A stretch of 64,000 nt of DNA from Geosiphon pyriformis uo1 (Eukaryota > Fungi > Glomeromycota). The position numbers were made by a program, and so were the translations under genes. Shown piece by piece: positions 27,224 through 38,075 of this stretch; the first letter of the stretch is position 1; each line of letters opens with the position of its first letter. The notes below the pieces were generated by a model that worked only from the letters and a program-made list of their open reading frames with translations, was not told the DNA's origin and ran no database searches. The DNA lies in NCBI GenBank assembly GCA_016748015.1, contig JAAOMT010000047.1, positions 145,258 through 209,257 on the forward strand. Reading direction: 5' to 3'.

Positions 27224-27920
27224 ATTTTAGCTGCTAAACGACCTGGGATTTATTATCTTCAAAACCCATAATATGACGAGAAATAAGTTGATATTTACTA
27301 TTGATGCAAATATTTAGTTAATAGATTTCCTCGAAGATACGATTCAAAGATAAAGTGATGAACAAATAAGCTTTTTTTCATTGCTTGTACTGATGTCATT
27401 TAAATTTTTATTTTTATTAGCCGATTGAGACAGTCATTTATAAAAATGTTCCCACTTATTTCTGTTAAAATTCTTCCCACTGTAAACTTCAAAACGTATT
27501 AAAATTATGAGTGATCAGAAATTAATTTTTTCAAGGTTATTATAACCGGATTGTTTCAAGAGAGCGAAAAGTTCTTATAGAATACTTTTTTTAAATATAA
27601 AATTATAATTCTAGAAAATTTATCGCATTATTCATATTACAAATTGGGAGAACCCCGATTTTTTGACCAAATAAAATTTTTTAATGTCACTTTATTTATT
27701 TATTTCGTTTAAAATTATTAAATTCAATCAAACGAGTAGACATAAATTAAAATAGTAATTTTATAAAAAAATAATTTCAACAAATAAATTTATAAGATAG
27801 AAAATAATCTATTAAACTGGGCTATTTAGTTTTTTATGATATTGATAAAAAATTAATAACCATAAAAAAATATTTTTTAAATTGATTAAATTAATTTAGT
27901 TGATTGTTAATCAATCAAAA

Positions 27921-29253
27921 AGGTTGTTCACAGAACAGGAAAAAAAAAGTTATATTCGAGTATCTCCTCATTTAAGAATTGTATGTGGCCAAGAGTAAGA
28001 CTTCACTAACTATAAATTAAATTAAATTAAATCTTTTCATCTCACACAACATTATTGACCAATTACTTTTGTTTCAATTCCTCGGATTTCACAAGAAAAA
28101 CACTCTTGAATATATAAATTGCGAAAGGATATACGGTCCGCGAAATTGCAGATGTCCCTGACTTCGGTTCTAAACGTCTGCAAAAATAAAAAAGAAACCT
28201 AGAGCTTCAATGACAAACCAAAACCTGGTCTCTTTCGGATCATTACGGACGGAATGTCGTCCGACTGATAACATCCAGAAAATGCTCCACCCACACTGAC
28301 CTGGGAGTCCATTTCTCATTGAAAAGCGTGCGCCGTATACTCCGGCGGCGTGGATTATGTAAAATTATGGGCAAAAAACGGGCTCACACCTTTACAAAAA
28401 AAATCCCGACTCGCTTGAGCAATTTTACAGTTGATAACTCCACGACGAGTAGTCTAATCTGACGAAAGCAAGTAACAGTTATTCGTGTCAGATGGACGAA
28501 AGTAATCTTGTAAAATACCCGGTGAGTCATTAAAAGATCGCCATATTACACAAAACTATCGTTGCTCAATTATCCTTTGGGGGGTTGAATGACTACCCAA
28601 TGGAGTTGGTGAGCTCCGAAAAATCGAATGCAAAAGACTACGTCGATAAATTGAATAAAATCTATTTAGGTTCGCTTTTGGAGACAATGCTGGATAAGAA
28701 CGAAATTCTATTCCAGCAAGACAATGATCCGAACACCCTTCCAGAAAAGCGAAAACTTGATTTCGCGAAAATGAGATTACATTACTCGATTGGCCATCTC
28801 AATCTCTTGACTTAAATCCAATTGAACATTTATGGAATGAAATTATATATGCGCATGCGAAGGCTCCCCTTGCTCCACTTTCCAATAGAAATGTGCTGTG
28901 GGAAAAGTTGCAATCAATTTTTGAAAGTTTAATCGATTCAATTCCAAAAATTTTAAAGATGTGATAGAAGCGAGATGTGGAAATACAGATTTTTAGCAAT
29001 ATGCAATGTGTTTTTTTTAGCAGCTTCTAACGTTTACTTAAGTTATAAATATTTTTTCCAATCGGTCACAATAGACTGAACCCGTCAAAAATTTTATTTT
29101 ACTTTTTAAATAATAGAGAAAGATGATAACTACATTAAATAATATTTGTCATTTTAACGAATTTATTTTATTTATCTTTGCCGTGTACAATTCTTCAATG
29201 GCGAGATATTCGAATCTCACCTTTATTTTCGTGTTTAGTTTCTGTAAGCAACT
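27921..29253 (+). mobile_element. Degenerate Tc1/mariner element with imperfect inverted repeats (~27921-27998 and ~29171-29253)
   Basis: Broken transposase with HTH-like GYTVREIADV, SDESK, LWG, FQQDNDP and WPSQSLDLNPIEHLWNE. Flanks attcgagtatctcctcatttaagaattgta and tacaattcttcaatggcgagatattcgaat are inverted copies. Many stops and frameshifts. Confidence 0.85.
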
Positions 29254-29789
29254 GTTTACTGATATTTTGTGCGATTTTTATACAAAGTATTAATCGAAGT
29301 TTAGTTAATTAGTTTAAGATTGACCCTCTGAATGATAAGTTTTATTGAAAATCAATTATTATGTATAATAATGACCAATTTGCGCGCAAAGATCTAGTTT
29401 TTTACGGGCTCTCTCGACATATCTGGGTTTTTTACTGATCGCGTAACAATCAACAAAATTTGGGTTATTTTGTGCGTTTCTTAACTGATAACGAAAGAGA
29501 TTTAGTTATTGATAATTACTACAATAATTATTAAAGATTAAATAATATGTCACATCAGCTTAAATATTAACTAGTTATAAAAATTTTCAAAAAATGTAGC
29601 AAGTCAAAGCTATTATATTTCTGGAATGAGGGCGAACCTTCCATCTCTAATTTAAGTACACTTTGAACTTTACGCTACAATTTCAAAAAAGTTGAGCACG
29701 AAGGTGCTAATAGTTATAATATTCCTCTGTCTACAAAAAATTGCTACTAACCTAGATACAGAGAGGGAAAAAATCGGTTTATTTTGTTT

Positions 29790-30173
29790 TCGGCATATCA
29801 TGAATGACTAGTTTTACAATGAAATTTTACAACATGTTGGTGGAATACTTGAAAAGGAATGGCGCTTTCAAAAAGACAACAATACCAAGCATACAAATCA
29901 AGTAGCTAAAGGCGTTTTTTGCAGAAAATGTGCCTGAAGTCCGGCTCTAACATCTGTGGGCAATCGTTAAACGTGAAGTAGAAAAACGAATGCTGAAAAT
30001 ATTGATGATTTGGAACGATATATGGTTGGTTGAAGAATGAAATTCTTTGCCAAAACCACGTTAATCAATTTAGTAAATTTCATATCGCGCCGTTGCAAGT
30101 TGATTATCGAGAATAAAGGCAAAACAATCGCATATTAGATTTCTAAAAAATTCATTTTTTTTGTCACACTGTA
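29790..30173 (+). mobile_element. 3' remnant of a second Tc1/mariner element
   Basis: WRFQKDNNTKHT, LWAIVKREVEKR and RRCKLIIENKGKTIAY* are followed by a Tc1-like end ...gtcacactg|TA at 30163-30173. Confidence 0.75.
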
Positions 30174-30461
30174 TGATAAGATATAGCTAAATTGGGAAAA
30201 ACATGGAATAGGATTTTAGCAAAAAAACAAATGTGAATATTCCGAATCTTTAGATCTGATGATCGAAACAAGATTATCATCTCGAATTATAGTATTGCAT
30301 TCTCATACTGTCATTTATCGTAAAATTTTAATCTTCAAAAGTGATAGCCACTTCTATTAAATAACCAGGGAAATGGATGTCTTCAGGGTACATTTTAATA
30401 TTTGAATAATTAAAGGTTGTTAAAGATCGTTTTCTTAACTTATACTAAAGGTTCTTTTAAA

Positions 30462-31205
30462 TTAATGCTTAGAGAACTCCAAAACCACATGAATTTCACC
30501 GTGGCTTGTCAGACCGAAAAGAGCAGGCAACTTGATCCATTGATCGACATATCCCTTTTTATAGACCTCTTCGAGGTCAATTTTGGTTTCACCAATCTAT
30601 GTTAAGATATTTTATGTTAGTTTTAGAAACATAAAGGTCTCCGAATGGAAATAATCGAGAGAATATAAAGAGCAAATTCTTACCTTGTCATCATCACCAA
30701 TATCTTCGTCGAGAACTTTGAGATGAAGGGAGTGTTTACGGTCATCTGTAATGTTGCTGCGATTCACAGAATTGAAAAGAAATTAAGTCATGGTTATGAA
30801 CAATAAATTAGACGAAGAATACCTACAATTTGAAATCCTCGTTCCATGTGGGGGTGAGAGTACCCTTTTTTGTGGTAGTCTTTTGCTTATATTTTTTATC
30901 ATCGAGCCATAGTTCTACATATGGGTCACTCTTACCTAATTACGATGAGCGAGAAATGATATTTATAGTGAACATTTTACAATTTGCCTTTAACAAACGA
31001 TGAATGTAATTAATCTTTATTGAATAAATCTTACCCACGAGATCTTCATCTTTCAATTTTCTGGCAGCGACTAAATTGAAGGAATTCATATGAAGAATGC
31101 CCTTACATTTCTCACGAGTATCATAAATACAAAAGAGATTATCATGGGAGGTATTTAAAGAGAAAAAGGCTTACCAATAATAACTTTAAGTTCACCTTTG
31201 ACCAT
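30462..31205 (-). CDS. Small single-C2-domain protein, paralog 3 (~127 aa)
   Basis: Exons 31205-31175, 31070-31035, 30935-30827, 30756-30684, 30596-30462. Protein: MVKGELKVIIVAARKLKDEDLVGKSDPYVELWLDDKKYKQKTTTKKGTLTPTWNEDFKFNITDDRKHSLHLKVLDEDIGDDDKIGETKIDLEEVYKKGYVDQWIKLPALFGLTSHGEIHVVLEFSKH. Confidence 0.93.
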
Positions 31206-31559
31206 TTTGACAGGATTTTGGCAGTGAAGGAAAAACTGTTAGAATCAAGACTTAGGTCCAGAGTTCAAGCAGCTTCTTATAAGCTTCTTAGTTACTGTGA
31301 GAATGATTATCGCACGATTGTTTCATTCATTTGATTCTGCAAAGAATTTCCCAACATCTGAAGATAAACAGCGTGTGCCGCAAAGGAATCATCCCCAAGT
31401 ATCGGGGGCGTACAGTTGGAAAAAAATCCCACAAGCTAAGAGAGATTCCCACATGATGAAACAACTCTTTCCCATAATAATAATGTAAATAAGGAAACAA
31501 AAAAAACTGGTTTTGGCGTACCAATAACCTTTAGGCTAAATTAAACTGTATGGCTATCA

Positions 31560-31567
31560 ATGACGTA
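31560..31567. promoter_or_regulatory. CRE-like site (ATGACGTA) upstream of C2 paralog 3
   Basis: Read directly from the sequence, ~355 bp upstream of the ATG. Function is inferred. Confidence 0.28.
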
Positions 31568-33201
31568 TACAATTGCTCGACTATTAACCAAATATTGACA
31601 ATTGGAACAAAATCAGACAATCTGAAAATCTTGATTTCTTTTCGATCTTTGCGTCAGCTCCATACATATTTGTGTTGGTTTCATCTGGTGAAACCAAAAG
31701 AGGATACCAGTTGAAGATCCTCTAATTATCTTAACGCAAGTGATTGCGCAATTTCCCAGCTATTTGACCTGATAACTTATTCGTTATCAAAGACTCGGCA
31801 AATTAACATAAAAATTCGCTTTGATTTTCCCAATTATACACACCCTTAGTCTTTGGGCCATAACAACTTTTCTTATGAGTTGAGGTTTGTTTGATTTCCA
31901 AATAAATCACAGTTTGAAACTTGCATACGATCGAATTTTACTTTTTTTTTGAGACCCTGAACTTTGAATTGGATTATTATGCTTGAAAAAAAATAGAAAA
32001 TCTCAAAATGTGTTATTGATAATTGAATCAATTTTCCCGTGCATATTATAAAAAATTTATTTTGTCTGTACAGTTAAATTCAAAATATAGCCTTTCGGAA
32101 TATTGAGAATTTAATAATGACAAGTATCTCATTAACATCAAAAATTTGGTGGTTTATTCTGATAAAATAATTAAGTATAGTAGAGTAAATCTTTTTTCCC
32201 AAATTTGGATCAATATTTATAACGGCACCTATTTTGAAGATAATTAGCTCTTGTTAAAAGTAATGATTTAACAATTTCTCTATATAAGATCTTACCAATC
32301 TTCAAAGAAGAGAGATTGAATCAAATTAACAAAACTTGCATTGACATTTCGGTTTTTACTCAAGAAAAATTAATTGATTAATTAATTGAGCGAGCTCTAT
32401 AATACGCGAAAGCCATGGAAATCTTCCCTTATTTATCGTCTTTAAACTCAATCTGATGGATGACCAGATTCCCCGGTCTCCCATATCTGAATAATATATT
32501 TAAGGCTTTAAAGGACAGACTCGGGATCCGCTTAAATTTAAAGCGAGGTTAGGAGACTAATTCTTAGGCTGATGGCTATTGATTTATTAGAAAGGTATAT
32601 GGCCATTCACATCCACAACAATTAATTTATCATTAATTTCAGAGCTGTGTTGAATCACGACAGAAACATGAACCCGATTATTATAAGCCCACATACTAGA
32701 GGGCTAAAAAAATATCAATCAAATTCAAAAATAAATGTATTAGAAGGAAAAAGTGATACAAATTAGAAGATTATTTTCAAAATATTGGCTCTAGATAAAT
32801 TAAATTTAGCGGCTCAACTAAATTTTATCTATCCAAACAAATGTCCTTTAGCTTAAAAATTTTACTTTTCAAATATCTGAAATTTATAATTATATCTACT
32901 CGGTTTCTAAGGATATAAAAATTCAAAAGTATTTATCAAAGTAATTATCATATGGCATCATTTCAGGATAAATTCTAAAATATTATCCACCTTTAACCAA
33001 TGTTTATGCGATGATAAAAAACGATAGAGGCTAATTTTAATGAATAATAAAAATCTATAAAATCTTCGTTATCTTTTGTTAGACTTTTTTTATTCAGACA
33101 ATTAAAAGCAATACATCAAAAAATTCGGTTCCATATTTCATCTTTGGGCTTCTTCTCGTCTTCAATCCATCTATTTCCAGATATCTTCAATAATTAAAAA
33201 G

Positions 33202-34503
33202 ATGCCGAGCACTCACAAATTCTACGAAACCTTTCCTTTAATTTTAATTCCTCTCTTATTAATTGCGAATCTTCAAATCATCGATGCCACCGAAATCTTG
33301 AAAGAAAAGGGAGAAAAAAGAGATAATTGGGGCACACCATTTCAAGTTTTCAACTCTGGCGTCAATTCGATGATCTGCCCTACTTCTTATTATCAGATTC
33401 ACGGTGATTGTAATGGTTGGCATCCTCCATGTCCTGCTTGTGGTAGAATTCCCATGGTATTTGGAGTCCCAGTTCAAACGCCAACACAACCACAGCCAGA
33501 ACCCAAGGAACCAGAGCCCAAGAAGCTAGAACCCAAAGAACTAGAGCCCAAAGAACCAGAGCCCAAGGAGCCCAAAAAACCGGAAATCAAAAAACCGGAG
33601 CCCAAAAAACCAGAGCCCAAGGAACCGGAGCCGAAAAAACCGGAACCCAAAGAACCGGAGTCCAAGGAACCTGAGCCCAAAGAACCAGAACCTCACTCAT
33701 GTCCAACTTCATGCCTTGGAGCTGAATGCTCTAACACATGCCCAAGTAGCAGAATTTCTTTAGATAACAAGGTATTTGTATATGTCAAACCTAAAGAAGA
33801 GATAATATTGAAGCAACCAGAACAAATTCCACCGTTATCGCGACCACAACCAAGGCCCAAACCAGGGCCCATGCCTATTGAAGAAACACCAAAACTGCCA
33901 TCCCCCACACCGATCGAGGAAGCACCGCAACCACAACCGACCCCTACACCAATCGAGGAGACACCACAACCGAGCCCCACGCCCATCGAAGAAACTCCAA
34001 AACCACCATGTCCCACACCGACTGAGGAAACACCAATCGAAGAGACACCACAACCGCCCACGCCCATCGAAGAAACTCCAAAACCACTATGCCCCGCACC
34101 GACTGAGGAACCAACGCAGCTACAACCGAGCCCTACACCAATCGAAAAGATACCAGAATCACCATTTATCCCACCAGTTGAAGAATTACCACGACAACCT
34201 GCAGAAGCTATACCACCCTTTCCAGTCCCTCAGCAACCTAAACCTCTCATAAAAAATTTATGGGAAAGACCAGATGAAGGCTGCTTTGTAAAAATCCCAA
34301 ACTATCTACCTATCGAAGAGAAAGAAAAGCAAAAGAAAAAAAAGGAATATGAAGAGAAAGAAATTATCGAAGAACAGCCTGTCATTTTTAAACCACCAAC
34401 GCAAACACCAATTGAGATTGAGGAAGCTCAGCGTAAACAACCACCCACGGCTCTTCAACAGCCTCAGGAAGAGAAACCTTATGAGAAAACTACAGTCGAA
34501 TAA
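33202..34503 (+). CDS. Secreted Pro/Glu/Lys-rich repeat protein (433 aa)
   Basis: Intronless ORF with GC above background. Hydrophobic N-terminus (FPLILIPLLLIANLQIIDA) followed by a KR site, Cys-containing modules, EPK(E/K)P pentapeptide repeats and P-x-PTPIEETP repeats. Confidence 0.85.
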   Translation: MPSTHKFYETFPLILIPLLLIANLQIIDATEILKEKGEKRDNWGTPFQVFNSGVNSMICPTSYYQIHGDCNGWHPPCPACGRIPMVFGVPVQTPTQPQPEPKEPEPKKLEPKELEPKEPEPKEPKKPEIKKPEPKKPEPKEPEPKKPEPKEPESKEPEPKEPEPHSCPTSCLGAECSNTCPSSRISLDNKVFVYVKPKEEIILKQPEQIPPLSRPQPRPKPGPMPIEETPKLPSPTPIEEAPQPQPTPTPIEETPQPSPTPIEETPKPPCPTPTEETPIEETPQPPTPIEETPKPLCPAPTEEPTQLQPSPTPIEKIPESPFIPPVEELPRQPAEAIPPFPVPQQPKPLIKNLWERPDEGCFVKIPNYLPIEEKEKQKKKKEYEEKEIIEEQPVIFKPPTQTPIEIEEAQRKQPPTALQQPQEEKPYEKTTVE

Positions 34504-36614
34504 ACATTTAAACACCCATATAACCATGGTTTAGAATTACAAGTTAAGATGGGATAAAGATTATGCTGTATATTCTGCCTCTACCCAGATTTTGAAATAT
34601 TTTTTAGATATTTTTTAACTAAAGTAGTCGTATTTTGTAATAATAATTATGTGGTATTCGAATTTTTTTATTGTAAAACTTGGAAATTTTCAATATTTTG
34701 ACAAATTGGCAATTTAAAAGTTTCTAAAAAAACTTTCAAGGGATAAATTTCTACTATAAAAAATAGTAACATATCAAAAAAATTAAGTTTGAAAATTGAT
34801 ATTTAATAGCGAATGAAAATAACCTATTTAACACATTCCAACTATCAAGTTTAAGTATAGAGTTTTTCAAATTGTGATACCGTATGAATTTTAACCCAAT
34901 CTTGAATATCTAAAGTTAATTATTGATTTATGTATTAACCCAGAATTTTTATTATATTTAGCTTTTAAATAGCAACAATTAGCTAATAAAGTTATAAAAT
35001 CTGTTGACCGCTGTTTTATTGACTAATCTTTTTATTAGATTACTTTAATATTTGTTAATTAAAAGATAGAGTATTAATTTTATTAAGTTAATTTTTACAT
35101 TTGAAAACTGTTTTTGATTTTAATCTTTCTATTATAGTATTTGAGTTTCTTAATTCAAACATTTAAATTTAATATATTTATATATTAAAATATTTATTAT
35201 AAAACACTTTAAAAAATATCAATCTAAATTAATTTAATGGTTAATAGTTTAAATAAAAATTTTTATCAAATAATTCTGTTTTAAAATAATTAATAAATAA
35301 CTTAATATCTAAATTAAATTAAAATATTTATCGATAGCTTTTTTTATATTTAAATTTTAAAAATTAATAATAAAAGCAAAAAATACCAATTACTTATTTG
35401 TTTTTATTTGAAAATACTTTTTTGTTTCTATGTAATTTTCTTGTTATTCAAAAAAAAAATTTTACTTTAATATAATAGTTTATTAATATATATTTGGGAT
35501 TTGGTATTTTTTTTTTTAAAAAACAAAAAAATTCTTTATTTTATTGACCACTTTTTAAATAAAAACAACCATTTCTTAATTTTTAGAACTTAGAAAGGTA
35601 TAAAAATATAAATAATGAATACATAAATAACATAAAGACTGAATGGAATTTACTTTTAAAAATATTTGTATCATAAATCTAAAATATATTTATAAATAAC
35701 TTTTATTAATTATATACTTGCTCATATGGCAAAAATACTCTAAAAAATTATGGTAAACTAAAAACAAGTTAAATCAGTGAAAAATATTTTTATCAACGAC
35801 CATTATATGTATAATCGTATTCTACCAATAATAAATCTGCTTTTAATTTTTAACTTCTTAGTAATTAAAAATCAGAATATTGTATATATATATAAATTTT
35901 CAGTTAAACTTTTTCATCTTTTTTCCTCTAATTTAGAAAAATATCTTGTGATAAAATGGTTGGGAAGATTTTTTCCGGATTTTTATTACAAAAGAAGAAA
36001 TCAAAGATAAAATATTGGACAATTAGAGCAGTAGTGAGTATAACCATGTTTCTGGCCTAAAAAAAAATTAGGACTTTTATGATTTTTTTAAAAGAGTGAA
36101 TCTCTTTATACAGTAACACCTCCATAAATGCACAATCTTTTAACTGTGCTTGGAAAGGGTGAATTTCAATAAAAAATTAATTTACAAAATTTCATATTTA
36201 ATAAAAGTTTAGTAAAGGTGTAATAAAGTCCTAGAATAAGATCTTATCATTGTCACCCAAAGTACCCTTAATAAAATCTTCACTAACTTCTTGGTGTCCA
36301 ATGTTTATTTAATCTACTCGTGGATTAAGGGCCCCTATCAGTAGGAATAAGTTTAACCAGTTAAAGAAAAAAATTGTACTCAACATCATTCAATCAGGAT
36401 AGCTTGGAGGTAATGAATTATTGTTTTTTTATTTGTTTTCATATTATCATAAAAATAAACAAAAAAATCATATGTGGGGTTTCATTCAATGGTAGCAAAT
36501 ATAGAATAATTATCTTTTTTTATCCTTCTTTTTTTAAAAAAAAAGAAAATTATTTCGACGTGTTAAAAATACGTGATATATTAGTGTTTCTTCTTTTACA
36601 GTTTATCTATTTTA

Positions 36615-36708
36615 TAAGGGCAATAGCTGAAAAAAAATAAGAGCAATAGCTAGCTAATGAATCCAAGAAAAATAAGGGCAATAGCTGGCTAATGAAGCCA
36701 AGAAAAAA
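36615..36708. repeat. Short imperfect tandem repeat (ataagggcaatagct...aagaaaaa, ~2.5 copies)
   Basis: The unit ataag(g/a)gcaatagct occurs three times in ~90 bp. Confidence 0.7.
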
Positions 36709-37106
36709 TTGTTATTATAAACAGAAAAACTATTTTTATGAGTAAACACATATTTTCAACTCCGTGTGCCATGTTTTTTATCCAAAAATATTTGATTATT
36801 GAAAAATAAATAAATCGTAAAGATCATATAGTCAATGAAGTTTTTTACTAAATTCGCTTTATTTTTGGTTAATTATGAGTTACTTTGGGCAATTATAATC
36901 GTTTTCAAACCAAAAATCAATATTAACAAAACAAATTATGATAGGGGTTTAAGTTACTGAAAAATAAAAAATCCGAAATTAAGAAATTTTAGTTGAAAGA
37001 AAGAAACAAAAATATATAAAAAGCAAACTAACTTTTACTCAAAAATTATATCCTTAAAAAATATTTTAGACTCTTCAAAATCTAAGACTAATTCTAACAG
37101 GCAAAA

Positions 37107-38075
37107 ATGAATAGGCCATTTGGCACTTCACCTGTTACTAGATCTCTTACTACACCTAGTATGTCGACTTGTTGTTATTGCATCAATTTGAAACCGGGTA
37201 TGGTACTTATTTGTTTGCTCATGATGGTATATTATAACAATCTTTTATAATTTCCTTAGTTTTATTTAACATTAATTATCATAAACTAATAAATTATATG
37301 AAATTTTTATTAGATATATAACTTTTTTGGTGGATTTGTAAGATTTGTAAGATTTTTTGATTTTTATGATGTTCAGAATAGAGCAATAACTAATTGTGAG
37401 AATTTAGCATATATTTTTTGTTAAAGTCTTTAATATATTATAGTTTTTTAATAAAAATTATTTTTACTTTTTTAGTAGAAAATTTCGCTGCGGATTTGTA
37501 TCTATTTTTAAGTATTTTTGATGGTATACGCTCTCTTGGATTTTCTCTACGGTTTAATAGTTATTTGTTTTACGGTATGTTTATAAATATCTCCCAATAC
37601 TAAAGATAATTACTTTAATATTTTATTTGGCTAACGCTTAACTTTCTAACCTTTGAACTTCTTTTTTAGAGTAGCCACCACCTCCTCCGCCCATATATTA
37701 CATTTACCTACCTAAACAATGCAATCGAGTTGATTCTTGGGATTATTGTAATGATCCTCTGTAATCGTTTACCCCATGGTAGAATTTATATTTTCCCTGT
37801 AGGGTATTCATATTGTAATTCCCCTTCCCCTTTAGGGCTATTATTTTATATTGTTTCTACAGTTTTAACAACACTATTACAGGTAAGTAAATAGAGTATT
37901 ATATTTTAAAGTAATAATATTTAAAAGAAATTGGTTAAAAATAACTTTAACACCTATTTTCATCCTTTCTTAGATTTATTTCTCTTTGGTTTTTTCTTCA
38001 TATGCTAATAGTTGTCGTGAAAAAGAGGAGATGGCCAACCAAACCTCAGATCACGAGAAGATCACAGTCGCATAA
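37107..38075 (+). CDS. Probable small multi-TM membrane protein (LAPTM4/tetraspanner-like); internal exons uncertain, possibly a pseudogene
   Basis: Exon 37107-37226 reads MNRPFGTSPVTRSLTTPSMSTCCYCINLKPGMVLICLLMM (CCxC-x-x-L-K-x-G-hydrophobic). Later exons give hydrophobic segments, a loop PPPPPP...C...C, and LLFYIVSTVLTTLLQ|IYFSLVFSSYANS...KITVA*. Middle splice phases do not join unambiguously. Confidence 0.5.

Noticed and set aside
33259-34534. Several overlapping antisense and alternate-frame ORFs (Gly/Ser-, Gly/Val- and His/Arg-rich)
   Set aside because: They are shadows of the Pro-rich repeats in 33202-34503.
36615-36708. CRISPR-like spaced repeats
   Set aside because: The sequence is eukaryotic, has no unique spacers and no cas genes; it is a simple tandem duplication.
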